Source: Christensenella sp. UBA5893
GTDB taxonomy: Bacteria; Bacillota; Clostridia; Christensenellales; UBA1242
Reading direction: 5' to 3'
NCBI GenBank assembly: GCA_002431905.1
Contig: DJER01000033.1
Location: 122,238 to 162,237 of the forward strand
Length of the DNA stretch: 40,000 nucleotides
Below the pieces are notes generated by a model. It saw nothing but the letters and a program-made list of their open reading frames with translations, was not told the DNA's origin and made no database searches. Every line of letters begins with the position of its first letter. The stretch's first letter is position 1. The position numbers and the translations under genes are program-made. Of the stretch, positions 26,346 to 36,176 are shown piece by piece.

Positions 26346-27241
26346 TGGGATTTTTTAAAAAAATTGGCGATGCACTAAAACGTACAAAAGAAGCTTTTTC
26401 AAGAAAGCTTGATAGCCTTTTTAGTGGTGGCGAAATTAACGATGATTTTTATGAAGAATTAACCGATATTTTAGTTTCTAGTGATGTTGGTTACACAACA
26501 AGTGAAGAAATTGTAGATAGACTTCGCATATACGCAAGAAAAAACAAGATAAGAAAAGCGGAAGAAGTAAAAAAAGTATTAAAGACAATACTCGCAGAAA
26601 TGATGGAAGAAGTTGAACCTGTCAAGATTGAATATCCAGCAATAATAACTGTTGTTGGCGTTAATGGTGTTGGCAAAACAACAACAATAGGAAAACTTGC
26701 AGGATATTTTAAAGATAATAAAAAAGACGTAACTCTTGTCGCTGGCGACACTTTTCGTGCAGCAGCAAGTGACCAACTTACCGAATGGGCAAACAGAAAT
26801 AAAGTAAGAATTGTAAAGCATAGCGAAGGTGCAGATGCTGCAGCAGTTGTATTTGATGGTATACAAAGTGCAAAAGCAAAGAAAACCGATGTGCTTATTA
26901 TTGACACAGCAGGTAGGCTTCAAACAAAAACAAACCTTATGGAAGAACTTAAAAAGATTGACAAGGTTATAACAAGGGAGTATCCAGAAGCAAATAGATA
27001 TAATCTAATTGTCCTTGATGCTACAACAGGTCAAAATGCTTTAAGTCAAATTGAACACTTTAACGAATATATCAAACTTGATGGAATTGTGCTTACAAAA
27101 CTTGATGGAACAGCAAAGGGTGGGGTTGTGTTCAGCATTGCACAAGACTACAACTTGCCGGTTGTGTTTGTTGGAACAGGTGAAGCCCTTGGGGATATTG
27201 AACCTTTTGATGCAAAAGAGTTCGTCGATAATTTATATTAG
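26345..27241 (+). CDS. ftsY: signal recognition particle receptor FtsY (short form, NG domain only)
   Basis: VVGVNGVGKTTTIGKLA, DTAGRL, TKLDGTAKGG motifs; start overlaps the smc stop. Confidence 0.92.
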   Translation: MGFFKKIGDALKRTKEAFSRKLDSLFSGGEINDDFYEELTDILVSSDVGYTTSEEIVDRLRIYARKNKIRKAEEVKKVLKTILAEMMEEVEPVKIEYPAIITVVGVNGVGKTTTIGKLAGYFKDNKKDVTLVAGDTFRAAASDQLTEWANRNKVRIVKHSEGADAAAVVFDGIQSAKAKKTDVLIIDTAGRLQTKTNLMEELKKIDKVITREYPEANRYNLIVLDATTGQNALSQIEHFNEYIKLDGIVLTKLDGTAKGGVVFSIAQDYNLPVVFVGTGEALGDIEPFDAKEFVDNLY

Positions 27242-27244
27242 TAT

Positions 27245-27276
27245 AAAAAAAAGATGAGTTAACTCATCTTTTTTTA
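27245..27276. terminator. terminator after ftsY (bidirectional shape)
   Basis: AAGATGAGTT / AACTCATCTT perfect inverted repeat at 27251-27270, with an A-run before and a T-run after. Confidence 0.8.
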
Positions 27277-27372
27277 TGCCGTTTTATAAATAACTATATT
27301 GGTTTACGTTCCAGTCAAAAAGTCATTTTGTCTTTTGCTCCAATGTGTAGTTTTTTGGAAATCTCATCTATT

Positions 27373-27403
27373 AAAAAAACCAAGCAAAATTGCTTGGCTT
27401 TTT
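27373..27403. terminator. terminator of the minus-strand kinase gene (bidirectional shape)
   Basis: CCAAGCA (27380-27386) / TGCTTGG (27391-27397), A-run 27373-27379, T-run 27399-27403. Confidence 0.75.
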
Positions 27404-27404
27404 G

Positions 27405-28316
27405 TTATTGTTGTATAAATTCATTCAAAAGTGAATCTTTTGGGATAAGATTCTTATTCAATGTTCCACACTTTGATAAAATATTTGCAAGTTCTTTTGC
27501 TTTTGGCAATGTTGACTTTTCTAATTTGTCTTTTAAGTCAAAAGCATAAACAAGTGGTTCATACATATGTGTTGAATCAACTTTGTAGTCAACAGTGTTT
27601 TTAAACGGGTCAATATAAAGCTCTTCGCCATCACGAACTTCTTGCCAACCACTTATTGTTTCATCAATTGTTCTTCCACGAGTATAGTAATCTCTAATAC
27701 ATCTACGCATAAGTCTTAAATCAGTATAATTTAGTAACAACTTATCGTCAAAGCAGAAATTTGAAAGAACACAAATGTAAATTTTAAACAATTTTTCTTG
27801 TGGTTGGTCAAGTAGCATAGGATTTAAAGCGTGCAACCCTTCAATAATAATATAAGTGTCGTCATCACATTCTATTGGTGTTTTTTCTTTGTTTTTTCTT
27901 CCTTCAATAAAGTTGTATGTTGGCATATAACCAATATGTTTTTCAAACAAATCAGAAATAAACTCATTAAATAATTTTAAGTCAATTGCAGTTATATTTT
28001 CATAGTCATAGTTTCCGTTAGGTAAGAGAGGTGTTTGATCTCTATCCAAAAAGAAATCGTCAAGAGAAACTGTGATACATTTTTTGTTCCGTCTTTTTAA
28101 TTCCTTTTTAAGAAGTAAACTTGTTGTTGTTTTCCCTGAAGATGATGGGCCAGCAAGCAAGAATATACGCACTGAGTGTTTTTCAAGTGCCAAGTCTACC
28201 ATATCAATTATTTGCTCGTGATACATTTCTTCACTCATTTTTATGAGCAAATTTTTGTCACTTTTTGCCAAATTATTAACTTCTTCCAAATAAAATGCGT
28301 TGTCGTTTGTTTCCAT
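27405..28316 (-). CDS. P-loop nucleoside/uridine kinase-family (PRK-like) protein
   Basis: IFLLAGPSSSGKTTTSLLLKKEL Walker A, SLDDFF, IIIEGLHALNP; Udk/PRK-like order of motifs. Confidence 0.68.
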   Translation of the reverse strand: METNDNAFYLEEVNNLAKSDKNLLIKMSEEMYHEQIIDMVDLALEKHSVRIFLLAGPSSSGKTTTSLLLKKELKRRNKKCITVSLDDFFLDRDQTPLLPNGNYDYENITAIDLKLFNEFISDLFEKHIGYMPTYNFIEGRKNKEKTPIECDDDTYIIIEGLHALNPMLLDQPQEKLFKIYICVLSNFCFDDKLLLNYTDLRLMRRCIRDYYTRGRTIDETISGWQEVRDGEELYIDPFKNTVDYKVDSTHMYEPLVYAFDLKDKLEKSTLPKAKELANILSKCGTLNKNLIPKDSLLNEFIQQ

Positions 28317-28514
28317 AAAATTCCCCTAAGTAGTATATTTCCCCAATTTAAAGCGGGCTATTAGTATATCAAAAAAATGAAGTATTTTCAATAGCAATAT
28401 GTAAATTTTTTGAAAAAAATAAAAAAGTAATTTTTTGACTATTTTTGCCTTTATGTAAATATTATAAATTAGTGTACTAAAATATATATACAAAAAGACA
28501 AAGGAAGGTTAAAA

Positions 28515-29939
28515 ATGAGATTAAAAGAACTACTCAATAATGTTGTGGCAAAGAACGATATTTCCAAATTTGAAGATTTGCAAATAGATAATATTTCATT
28601 AAACGCGCAAAACAAAATGAATAATGGTTTGTTCTTTTGTTTTTCAGGCAAAAACGATGGCTACAAACTTGCAGATAGGGCGGTCAAAAATGGTGCAGTT
28701 GTTATAGTTTGTGAGCATCTGTTTGACACAAAGAATTTGGCAAAACTTGTTGTTGTTGATGACATTAGAGAAACAATCGCAATTGTAAGCCAAAACTTTT
28801 ATAAAACAAAAGATGCAAGGGTTATTGGCATAACTGGTACAAATGGCAAAACAACAACTTCTTTTATAATTAAAAACATATTGGAACAAGCGGGCAAAAA
28901 GGTGGGGGTTATTGGTACAAATGGTATATATTTCCAAAATGAATTTATTGAAGCAACATTAACAACTCCAGACCCAGTAGACTTGCACCATATTTTTTCA
29001 ATTATGTTGCAAGGAAAGGTTGATTATATAATTATGGAAGTTTCGGCACACGCTATTGCTCTCAAAAAGATTTATGGCATAAATTTTGTATGTAAGGTTT
29101 TTACAAATTTAAGCCAAGACCACTTGGACTACTTTAAAACAATGGAATACTATTCAAGAGTAAAAGAAAGTTTCTTTAAAAATGACGATATGATGGTTGT
29201 AAACATTGATGACCATTTGGGGCAAAAAATAGCAAACAAGTATGAAACTGCAATCACATATGGGCTAAAAAACCCTTGTGATGCATTTTGTGTTGAAATA
29301 AATCAAAACTGTACAAAGTACACAATGAATATATGCGATAATGTAATAAATGTATCTTCAAATTTGTATGGCTTGTTTAATGTATATAACACACTTGCAA
29401 GTGCTGTTTGTTGCTACTTTTTAGGCGTTAGTATTGACAATATAAAAAAGGGGATAGAAAGTATAAAAAAGATAGATGGCAGGTTTAATGTTATTGAATA
29501 CAATGACCGAAAAATAATAATTGATTTTGCACATACACCTGATGGTCTTGAAAACGTGTTAAAAGCGGCAAGAAAAATAACTGATGGAAGATTATATTCC
29601 TTGTTTGGTTGTGGTGGTAATAGAGATAAAAAGAAACGTAAAATAATGGGGGCAATTAGCAATAAGTATGCAAACTTCACATTCATAACAAGCGATAATC
29701 CAAGGTATGAAAATCCAAATGATATAATAAATGAAATAGCAAAAGGATTTAATGACAAAAGTTTTTACAAGGTCGAAGATAGAAAGAACGCAATAAAGAT
29801 GGCGATTATGTCCTTAAGGGAAGGCGACACCTTGCTTATTTGTGGAAAAGGTTCAGAAAATTATATTGACGTGGCAGGCAAAAAAATACCATACAGCGAT
29901 TATGATATAGTTAAAAAAATATTGGGAGAACTAAAATGA
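28515..29939 (+). CDS. murE: UDP-MurNAc-L-Ala-D-Glu--2,6-diaminopimelate ligase MurE
   Basis: GITGTNGKTTTS, EVSAHA, and the DNPR motif (TSDNPRYENP) typical of meso-DAP-adding MurE. GGAAGG RBS. Confidence 0.92.
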   Translation: MRLKELLNNVVAKNDISKFEDLQIDNISLNAQNKMNNGLFFCFSGKNDGYKLADRAVKNGAVVIVCEHLFDTKNLAKLVVVDDIRETIAIVSQNFYKTKDARVIGITGTNGKTTTSFIIKNILEQAGKKVGVIGTNGIYFQNEFIEATLTTPDPVDLHHIFSIMLQGKVDYIIMEVSAHAIALKKIYGINFVCKVFTNLSQDHLDYFKTMEYYSRVKESFFKNDDMMVVNIDDHLGQKIANKYETAITYGLKNPCDAFCVEINQNCTKYTMNICDNVINVSSNLYGLFNVYNTLASAVCCYFLGVSIDNIKKGIESIKKIDGRFNVIEYNDRKIIIDFAHTPDGLENVLKAARKITDGRLYSLFGCGGNRDKKKRKIMGAISNKYANFTFITSDNPRYENPNDIINEIAKGFNDKSFYKVEDRKNAIKMAIMSLREGDTLLICGKGSENYIDVAGKKIPYSDYDIVKKILGELK

Positions 29940-30940
29940 CAATGACAGCAAGATATCTAATTGCATTTTTAGTTGCCTTTGTGTTTGGGACAATAATTTC
30001 ACCACTAATAGTCTGTCTATGCAAAAAGTTAAAGGCAAATCAAACAATATTATTCTATGTAAAGGAACATGAAGCAAAAAATGGTACACCTACAATGGGT
30101 GGTATTATATTTATAAGCGTAATACTATGTGTAGGGTTATGCTTGTCCTTTACAGATTATTTACTTTCAATTTTAACAATAGCAACAACTCTGTTTTATG
30201 GAATTCTTGGGTTCTTGGACGATTTTTTAAAAGTCCATTATAAACAAAATTTGGGGTTAAGAGCTTATCAAAAAATTATTGGACAAGTTGGTATTGCAGT
30301 TATCTTGGCAGTGTTTGTATACAAGGCAAATCTCGTTGGCTCACAAGTATTTATTCCGTTTACAAAGCAGACAATTGACCTTGGAATTTGGATTATTCCA
30401 TTTGTTATATTTGTATACTTGGCTGTGGTAAACTCAGTCAATTTGTTAGATGGGCTTGATGGTTTATGTAGTGGGGTTAGTTTTGTATACATCTTGTCTT
30501 TCGCCACTATTCTTTTAATTTATGAAACAGAGTTTAGTGCAAGGGGACTAACCGAACTACAAAATATTGAGCAATTGTGCTTTATTATGAGTGGTGGACT
30601 TTTGGCATATTTTGCACTAAATTGCTTTCCGGCCAGCATTTTTATGGGAGATACTGGCTCTTTGGCTTTGGGTGGATTTATCACAACAATTGCAGTACTA
30701 ACCAAACTTGAATTGTATATACCAATACTTGGCATTGTGTATGTTGTGACAGCTCTTAGTGATATCATACAGGTTTTGCATTACAAAAGAACGCATAAGA
30801 GAATTTTCCTTATGGCACCACTACATCATCATTTTCAAAAAAAAGGTGTGAATGAAAGTAAAATTGTCGCCATATATATAATAACGACTTTGGTAATTTG
30901 TTTGCTAACAATATCATTGTTATTGTATATTGGTGGATAA
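29936..30940 (+). CDS. mraY: phospho-N-acetylmuramoyl-pentapeptide transferase MraY
   Basis: GTPTMGG, NLLDGLDGL, FMGDTGSLALGG, APLHHHF motifs; ATGA overlap with murE. Confidence 0.92.
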   Translation: MTMTARYLIAFLVAFVFGTIISPLIVCLCKKLKANQTILFYVKEHEAKNGTPTMGGIIFISVILCVGLCLSFTDYLLSILTIATTLFYGILGFLDDFLKVHYKQNLGLRAYQKIIGQVGIAVILAVFVYKANLVGSQVFIPFTKQTIDLGIWIIPFVIFVYLAVVNSVNLLDGLDGLCSGVSFVYILSFATILLIYETEFSARGLTELQNIEQLCFIMSGGLLAYFALNCFPASIFMGDTGSLALGGFITTIAVLTKLELYIPILGIVYVVTALSDIIQVLHYKRTHKRIFLMAPLHHHFQKKGVNESKIVAIYIITTLVICLLTISLLLYIGG

Positions 30941-32255
30941 TTTGGAAATTTTGGCAAAAACATTTTTAGTTTATGGCATACAAACAACAGGCAAAAGTGC
31001 TGTAAATTTTTTACTCTCAAGGGGAGCAAAAACTGTTTATATTTTTGATGATAAACCTTGCGAACTTATGCAAGATACAATAAAACTTGATGATTTTAAT
31101 CAAGTCAAAAATCTTAACATTGACTGCTGTATATTAAGTCCGGGTGTTAATGTTTTGGGGAATAAAAAGATTGAACTTTTAGAGAAATTAAACATTCCGT
31201 ATATGAGCGAATTTTGCTTGGGACTAATAAAGTCACAGGGCAAAAACATTTGTATAACAGGAACAAATGGAAAAACTACAACAACAAACTTGATATATAA
31301 ACTCTTAAAAACTCAAAACAAGGAAGTGTTTTTGTGTGGGAATAGAGATATACCATTAACACACTTTGTAAACCAAACCACAAAAAATAGCATACTTGTT
31401 TGCGAAGTTTCAAGCTTTGCTTTGGAGAGTATTACAAATGAGTTTAAACCACAAATAAGTTCAATTCTAAATATCACAGCAGACCACATTTCAAGACATA
31501 AAACTTTTGATAACTACAAAAGTATAAAGAATAACATAACAAAATATCAAGGCACAAATAATTACTTTGTTTGTGAATATAACTTTAAAACAAAAACAAA
31601 CGCAAATTTATTAACATTCTCGTTGTCAAGTAGTGATGCCAATATTTATTGCAATAAAAATTACATTATTTGTTACAATAAAAGACTATTAAAAATAAGC
31701 AAAATAAAATTGCTTGGCGAAAAAAATTTGGAAAACATTATGTGTGCAATACTTATTGCAAAACTGTTTAAAATTAGAAATAGAAACATAAGAAAAGTTG
31801 TTTATTCGTTCAAAGCACCAAGTCATCGAATGGAAGAAATATGTAACATAAATGGCATAAAATTTATCAATGACAGTAAAGCAACAAACCCAGATGCAAC
31901 AATTTGTGCGTTAAAGAGTTTTAAAAACAATGTCATATTGCTTTTGGGTGGCAGTGATAAAGGTTATAGTTATGAAGAAATTTTCTCTTATGTTCAAAAC
32001 GTAAAGAACATAATCACATTTGGCGAAATGAACAACAAAATTTATATGTGTGCAAAAGAACATAATTTTGATTTTGTGGTAAAATTTGACAAATTTTTTG
32101 ATGCTGTATGTTTTGCAAAAAGAATTGCACAAAAGGGTGATGTGGTCTTATTATCGCCAGCGTGTGCAAGCTTTGATGAGTTTTCATCTTACAAGCAAAG
32201 GGGCGAAGAATTTAAAAAAATCATAAAGGGCGAAAATGAAAAAACTAAAAATTGA
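30930..32255 (+). CDS. murD: UDP-MurNAc-L-alanine--D-glutamate ligase MurD
   Basis: ITGTNGKTTTTNLI, DSKATNPDA, LLSPACASFD motifs. The start is uncertain (TTG 30930, GTG 30933 or TTG 30942, all overlapping or abutting the mraY stop). Confidence 0.85.
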   Translation: MVDNLEILAKTFLVYGIQTTGKSAVNFLLSRGAKTVYIFDDKPCELMQDTIKLDDFNQVKNLNIDCCILSPGVNVLGNKKIELLEKLNIPYMSEFCLGLIKSQGKNICITGTNGKTTTTNLIYKLLKTQNKEVFLCGNRDIPLTHFVNQTTKNSILVCEVSSFALESITNEFKPQISSILNITADHISRHKTFDNYKSIKNNITKYQGTNNYFVCEYNFKTKTNANLLTFSLSSSDANIYCNKNYIICYNKRLLKISKIKLLGEKNLENIMCAILIAKLFKIRNRNIRKVVYSFKAPSHRMEEICNINGIKFINDSKATNPDATICALKSFKNNVILLLGGSDKGYSYEEIFSYVQNVKNIITFGEMNNKIYMCAKEHNFDFVVKFDKFFDAVCFAKRIAQKGDVVLLSPACASFDEFSSYKQRGEEFKKIIKGENEKTKN

Positions 32256-33354
32256 TAAAATTATTATAACTGTTTTTGTTTGTATGATTGTTTTGTGCAT
32301 AATAGGTTGTGTTATGGTGTATAGTGCAAGTTCTTACTCGGCACAAAAGAACTTTCATAGCAGTACATACTTTTTAATTAAGCAAATAATCGGTTCTGTT
32401 TTGGGGCTTGTTTGCTTTACTTTTTTTACATTTTTTGATTACCAAAAACTAAAAAAATTCAAGTGGATACTTTTTATTGTTGCAGTAATTTTACTTTGTT
32501 TGGTGTTTGTTCCAAAAATAGGTGTATCAAATTATGGTGCAAAAAGATGGATAAACCTGTTTGGACTATCTTTTCAACCAAGCGAAATTGCAAAATTCTC
32601 TTTGGTACTTTTTTGTGCTTGTCATTTTGCACAACATAAAAAAAATGCAAGAAATTTACAAACATTGCTTCCAGTATTGTTTGTAGGTGGTGTTTTTTGT
32701 ATTCTTGTTATTTTAGAACCAAATATGAGCATAACAATGTGCATTGGAATAACAATGATTTGCATGATGATATTTGGTGGGTTAAGGTTAAAATATCTTG
32801 CAATGATTTTGATTCCCGCAATGTGTTTAGTCCCAGTTTTAATCATTATTGAGCCATATAGACTTCAAAGGTTAATGGCATTTATCAACCCATGGGCATC
32901 GCCACAAGGCGAGGGTTTTCAACTTATTCAATCACTATATAGTTTGGGGAATGGTGGGTTGTTTGGTGTTGGATTATTTTCTTCAAGACAAAAGTATTTG
33001 TATTTACCATTTGCAGAAAGTGATTTCATTTTTTCTATTATTTGTGAAGAATTAGGTTTCTTTGGTGCAACTATTATTCTTGTCATTTTTGCTATACTCA
33101 TATTTTCAATAATAAAAATTGCACAAAATAGCAAAGATACCTTTGGAAGTTTGCTGACGGCAGGAATTGCTTGTGTTATCGCAACTCAGGTTGTATTAAA
33201 TGTTCTTGTTATTTCGGCAAGTATGCCACCAACAGGGCTTCCACTCCCATTTATAAGTGCTGGAAGTACATCACTAATTGTATTTATGAGCGCACTTGGT
33301 ATATGTGTTAATGTTCATAAACAAAGTATAAAAATAAAAATAAACAGAGCATGA
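32236..33354 (+). CDS. ftsW: SEDS-family peptidoglycan polymerase FtsW/SpoVE
   Basis: 10-TM profile, QPSEIAKF, ESDFIFSIICEELG, PPTGLPLPFISAGSTS motifs. Confidence 0.88.
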   Translation: MKKLKIDKIIITVFVCMIVLCIIGCVMVYSASSYSAQKNFHSSTYFLIKQIIGSVLGLVCFTFFTFFDYQKLKKFKWILFIVAVILLCLVFVPKIGVSNYGAKRWINLFGLSFQPSEIAKFSLVLFCACHFAQHKKNARNLQTLLPVLFVGGVFCILVILEPNMSITMCIGITMICMMIFGGLRLKYLAMILIPAMCLVPVLIIIEPYRLQRLMAFINPWASPQGEGFQLIQSLYSLGNGGLFGVGLFSSRQKYLYLPFAESDFIFSIICEELGFFGATIILVIFAILIFSIIKIAQNSKDTFGSLLTAGIACVIATQVVLNVLVISASMPPTGLPLPFISAGSTSLIVFMSALGICVNVHKQSIKIKINRA

Positions 33355-33425
33355 CTAACTCTGTATATATATTAACATATTTGTTATAAGCAATTTTGCT
33401 GTTTATATTCAAATCTAATATTTTA

Positions 33426-33635
33426 CTAATGATAATTTCTTCCAATCAATTCGTCAATTGACATATTTAAAGCATCGGCAATTTTCCAAATATCTAAAAC
33501 ATTTGGAATATTAACTCCGTTCTCCCAATAACTTATTGAAGCATGTGTCACACCAATTAAATTTGCCAATTTTTGCTGAGATAGACCTTGCTCAATTCTT
33601 TTTTCTTTTATTGATTCACCTATAGTATTTTTCAT
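33426..33635 (-). CDS. XRE/Cro-C1-family HTH regulator (69 aa)
   Basis: IKEKRIEQGLSQQKLANLIGVTHASISYWENGVNIPNVLDIWKIADALNMSIDELI is a canonical HTH_3. It is divergent from the nuclease-like gene. Confidence 0.85.
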   Translation of the reverse strand: MKNTIGESIKEKRIEQGLSQQKLANLIGVTHASISYWENGVNIPNVLDIWKIADALNMSIDELIGRNYH

Positions 33636-33648
33636 ATTTTCTATATTA

Positions 33649-33662
33649 GTAAGAATTCTTAC
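33649..33662. promoter_or_regulatory. operator 1: perfect 14-bp palindrome GTAAGAATTCTTAC
   Basis: Abuts a minus-strand TAATAT (33648-33643) that lies 7 nt before the XRE ATG. Confidence 0.6.
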
Positions 33663-33669
33663 AAAATTG

Positions 33670-33698
33670 TTGACTTGTAAGAATTCTTACAATATAAT
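33670..33698 (+). promoter_or_regulatory. near-consensus sigma-A promoter of the nuclease-like operon
   Basis: TTGACT (33670-33675), 17 nt, TATAAT (33693-33698). ATG 33705 starts 7 nt after the -10 and has no SD, so the transcript may be leaderless. Confidence 0.65.
33677..33690. promoter_or_regulatory. operator 2: identical 14-bp palindrome GTAAGAATTCTTAC
   Basis: Lies entirely within the 17-nt spacer of the TTGACT/TATAAT promoter; its centre is 28 bp from the centre of operator 1. Confidence 0.6.
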
Positions 33699-33704
33699 AA
33701 AAGT

Positions 33705-34811
33705 ATGGATAAAAAAATGAATTATAATCAATTTTTTAATGAATTGAAAAAATCTCCTGTGTTCGCAATTTCTTTAAGTTCTAAGGAGTTATTTCACTCA
33801 AACTTTTGGGCTTGGCTCATTGAATATAACAAAGAGTTTGCAAAAGTTTTTTTTAATGACATAGATTATCAAAATATTACTACTATATATCGGGAAGAAA
33901 AACATCGTGATTTAACTATTATTGCGGGAGGGGAGGTATTTATAATTGAGAACAAGATAAAATCTCTGCCATCATCGGAACAGCTTATTAGATACCAAAG
34001 CCGCGAAAGGCATTTTCGTAAAGGCTGTATAACTGGACTTGTTAAGTTTGACAATGTACCAACTGATTGGAATTTTATTTCATACGGACAGATAGGTAAC
34101 TCCATTCGTAATATTAACAATATGTTTAGATCTGATAAATGGTATTTTCTTATTGATGAGTATGTAAATGTAATAAAGCACATAGAATCGTTATTTATTG
34201 AATTCAATGAACAGTACAAAAATAGATTTATATGTTTCGAAGAGTATAAAAAAGACCCAATGCTTAGCGAATTGGAGAGCATAAGATTTGCTGATGTATT
34301 TAAGAAATATAATGCAAATTCATTTGCTAGTTATCTAACAAATAAGATAAAAGTGGAGCTTGAAAATTTAGTTAATAACGAACAAATCAAATTGGATATT
34401 AGTTCAGGATACACAAACAAATCTTCTTTGGTTGATATTAGATATATAAAGAATAAAGACACACAAAACCAATTTTGTATTGGTATACAAATACAAGATA
34501 GCCAATATAGATTTCATGTAGAAAGGCATAAGGGTACTTTAGATTTTGGTGTAAAAAATCCATCTGGTTGTTTGTTTAATGAATTTTTGGCATATGGTTG
34601 GTTTGAAAGTTATGATAGGTCAAAAAAATTGTTTAAAAACAGACAAACAAGTATGCGTGAATCTTATTGTACATATAGCAGTGAAAGTTATAAATTTGTG
34701 TATCAATATTATAATTTGATCGGAGATGAACTAAATTTTGAGAGATTAGCATCACAAATAAAAGAAGATATGACAAAAGCCGCAAACATTATGGAAAAAA
34801 TTGACAAATGA
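33705..34811 (+). CDS. PD-(D/E)XK nuclease-superfamily protein (PDDEXK_4-like layout)
   Basis: N-terminal SKELFHSNFWAWLIEY (the E-x-HS-x-FLAWLL-type motif), then HRDLTIIAGGEVFIIENKIKSLPSSEQLIRYQ, giving D...(I/V)ENK plus QLxRY. Alternative start at ATG 33717. Confidence 0.6.
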   Translation: MDKKMNYNQFFNELKKSPVFAISLSSKELFHSNFWAWLIEYNKEFAKVFFNDIDYQNITTIYREEKHRDLTIIAGGEVFIIENKIKSLPSSEQLIRYQSRERHFRKGCITGLVKFDNVPTDWNFISYGQIGNSIRNINNMFRSDKWYFLIDEYVNVIKHIESLFIEFNEQYKNRFICFEEYKKDPMLSELESIRFADVFKKYNANSFASYLTNKIKVELENLVNNEQIKLDISSGYTNKSSLVDIRYIKNKDTQNQFCIGIQIQDSQYRFHVERHKGTLDFGVKNPSGCLFNEFLAYGWFESYDRSKKLFKNRQTSMRESYCTYSSESYKFVYQYYNLIGDELNFERLASQIKEDMTKAANIMEKIDK

Positions 34812-34818
34812 GGTATTT

Positions 34819-36048
34819 ATGGAAGATGATGCAATAATATTGACATGTCCAAATTGTGGGTCAAATAGTATAGATAAAGTTGGAGATATATTTATCTGCA
34901 ACCATTGTAAAACGAAATTTATGAAGAAAGGGAATGAATCTGCAAGTAATAAATCTATAAAAACTATAAATATAATAAATTCACAAAGTACAAAAAATAG
35001 AGTTGAATCTTATTTAATAAAAAATGATTTAACAGAAGATGATTTTTTGAAAAAAGCATTTGTATTTTTAACCAATTATAAAGAAGCTCCGCGAAATATT
35101 TTCAATGCAGAATTTTCAAATCCTAAATTAGAATATGAACATGTTTCAGTTTTAAGTTATAATTGTAAGATATCATATTCATTATCTATTCGAGTTGAAA
35201 GGCGAGTAAAAAAGAAAGTGGAAGAAGAATATTACGACCAACGTTCGAATTCGTTTAAGACACATTTGGTTGATAAGTATGTTACTGAAACATTTTACGA
35301 ACCTTACTTTGGAGAATATAGTGATATCGTTTCAACAAATGAAATACAAAACAATAAGTATTCTAGTTTTGAAAAAGATTGTATTATAGATATTCTAAAA
35401 AGCGTTTATGAAGATGATTTAGTAATGTCAAATGAAGAATATCAAGAGTTATCGTATAAACAAACAAAAAGTTTGCAAGATAGATGTGTTAATTATCTAA
35501 AGAAACATTACAAAGACTATATTACAATAGATAATTATAAAGACCTAAAATTCTTGAGCACATATGCCACTTTAGAAAACACAACAACATACAAAGTACC
35601 AATTTATAGTTTATCATTCAAATTAGATGAGAAATCTTACACATTATATTGTGTTGCAAACAATTATAGAGATTTGTTTGTTGAAGATTTAGTAGATGAG
35701 CAAAAAGAAAAACTCATAAACAATTACGTTGAAAAAAAAGACAAAATTTTTAAGCCATCATATTACATGTTTACTGCATTTTCAATAGCATTTTTGATTG
35801 CAATTCTGTTATCGTTTTTTATTACAATTGCTCAAGGTACACAAACGCTAAATTATACTCTATTTTACATTTGGTATGTTATAATTTGTGTCCTATTTAT
35901 TACCGAGAAGTGTATATCATCGAAAAATAAAAAAGAATTAAATATTAAGGTAAAAGATTATGAAAATAATAGTCGCATAAAGAAAAAAGAGAGTTGTTTA
36001 AATTATTGTAAAAAAAATAACATTACGAATCTCGATTTTAATGAATGA
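34819..36048 (+). CDS. zinc-ribbon protein with two C-terminal TM helices, function unknown
   Basis: CPNCGSNSIDKVGDIFICNHCKTKF (CxxC-x15-CxxC), ~280 aa unassigned, TM helices YYMFTAFSIAFLIAILLSFFITIA and LFYIWYVIICVLFI, basic tail. The GAGG SD overlaps the upstream stop. Confidence 0.6.
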   Translation: MEDDAIILTCPNCGSNSIDKVGDIFICNHCKTKFMKKGNESASNKSIKTINIINSQSTKNRVESYLIKNDLTEDDFLKKAFVFLTNYKEAPRNIFNAEFSNPKLEYEHVSVLSYNCKISYSLSIRVERRVKKKVEEEYYDQRSNSFKTHLVDKYVTETFYEPYFGEYSDIVSTNEIQNNKYSSFEKDCIIDILKSVYEDDLVMSNEEYQELSYKQTKSLQDRCVNYLKKHYKDYITIDNYKDLKFLSTYATLENTTTYKVPIYSLSFKLDEKSYTLYCVANNYRDLFVEDLVDEQKEKLINNYVEKKDKIFKPSYYMFTAFSIAFLIAILLSFFITIAQGTQTLNYTLFYIWYVIICVLFITEKCISSKNKKELNIKVKDYENNSRIKKKESCLNYCKKNNITNLDFNE

Positions 36049-36074
36049 CTTGTTTAATAAAAAGGATTGGTTAG

Positions 36075-36176
36075 ATGATTATGGAAACTGACAAAATGAA
36101 AAAATTCTCTAATATATTGTTTGCAATAGTATCAGTGATAGCACTGATTGCTATTATTGTTGGCTTTGTAGCCTAA
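36075..36176 (+). CDS. possible 33-aa single-TM micro-protein
   Basis: Hand translation MIMETDKMKKFSNILFAIVSVIALIAIIVGFVA. AAAGGA lies 8-9 nt upstream. Below the ORF-track cutoff. Confidence 0.3.
   Translation: MIMETDKMKKFSNILFAIVSVIALIAIIVGFVA

Noticed and set aside
27328-27549. 73-aa plus-strand ORF between ftsY and the kinase gene
   Set aside because: It spans a terminator hairpin and then runs antisense into the 3' end of the kinase gene. It has no RBS.
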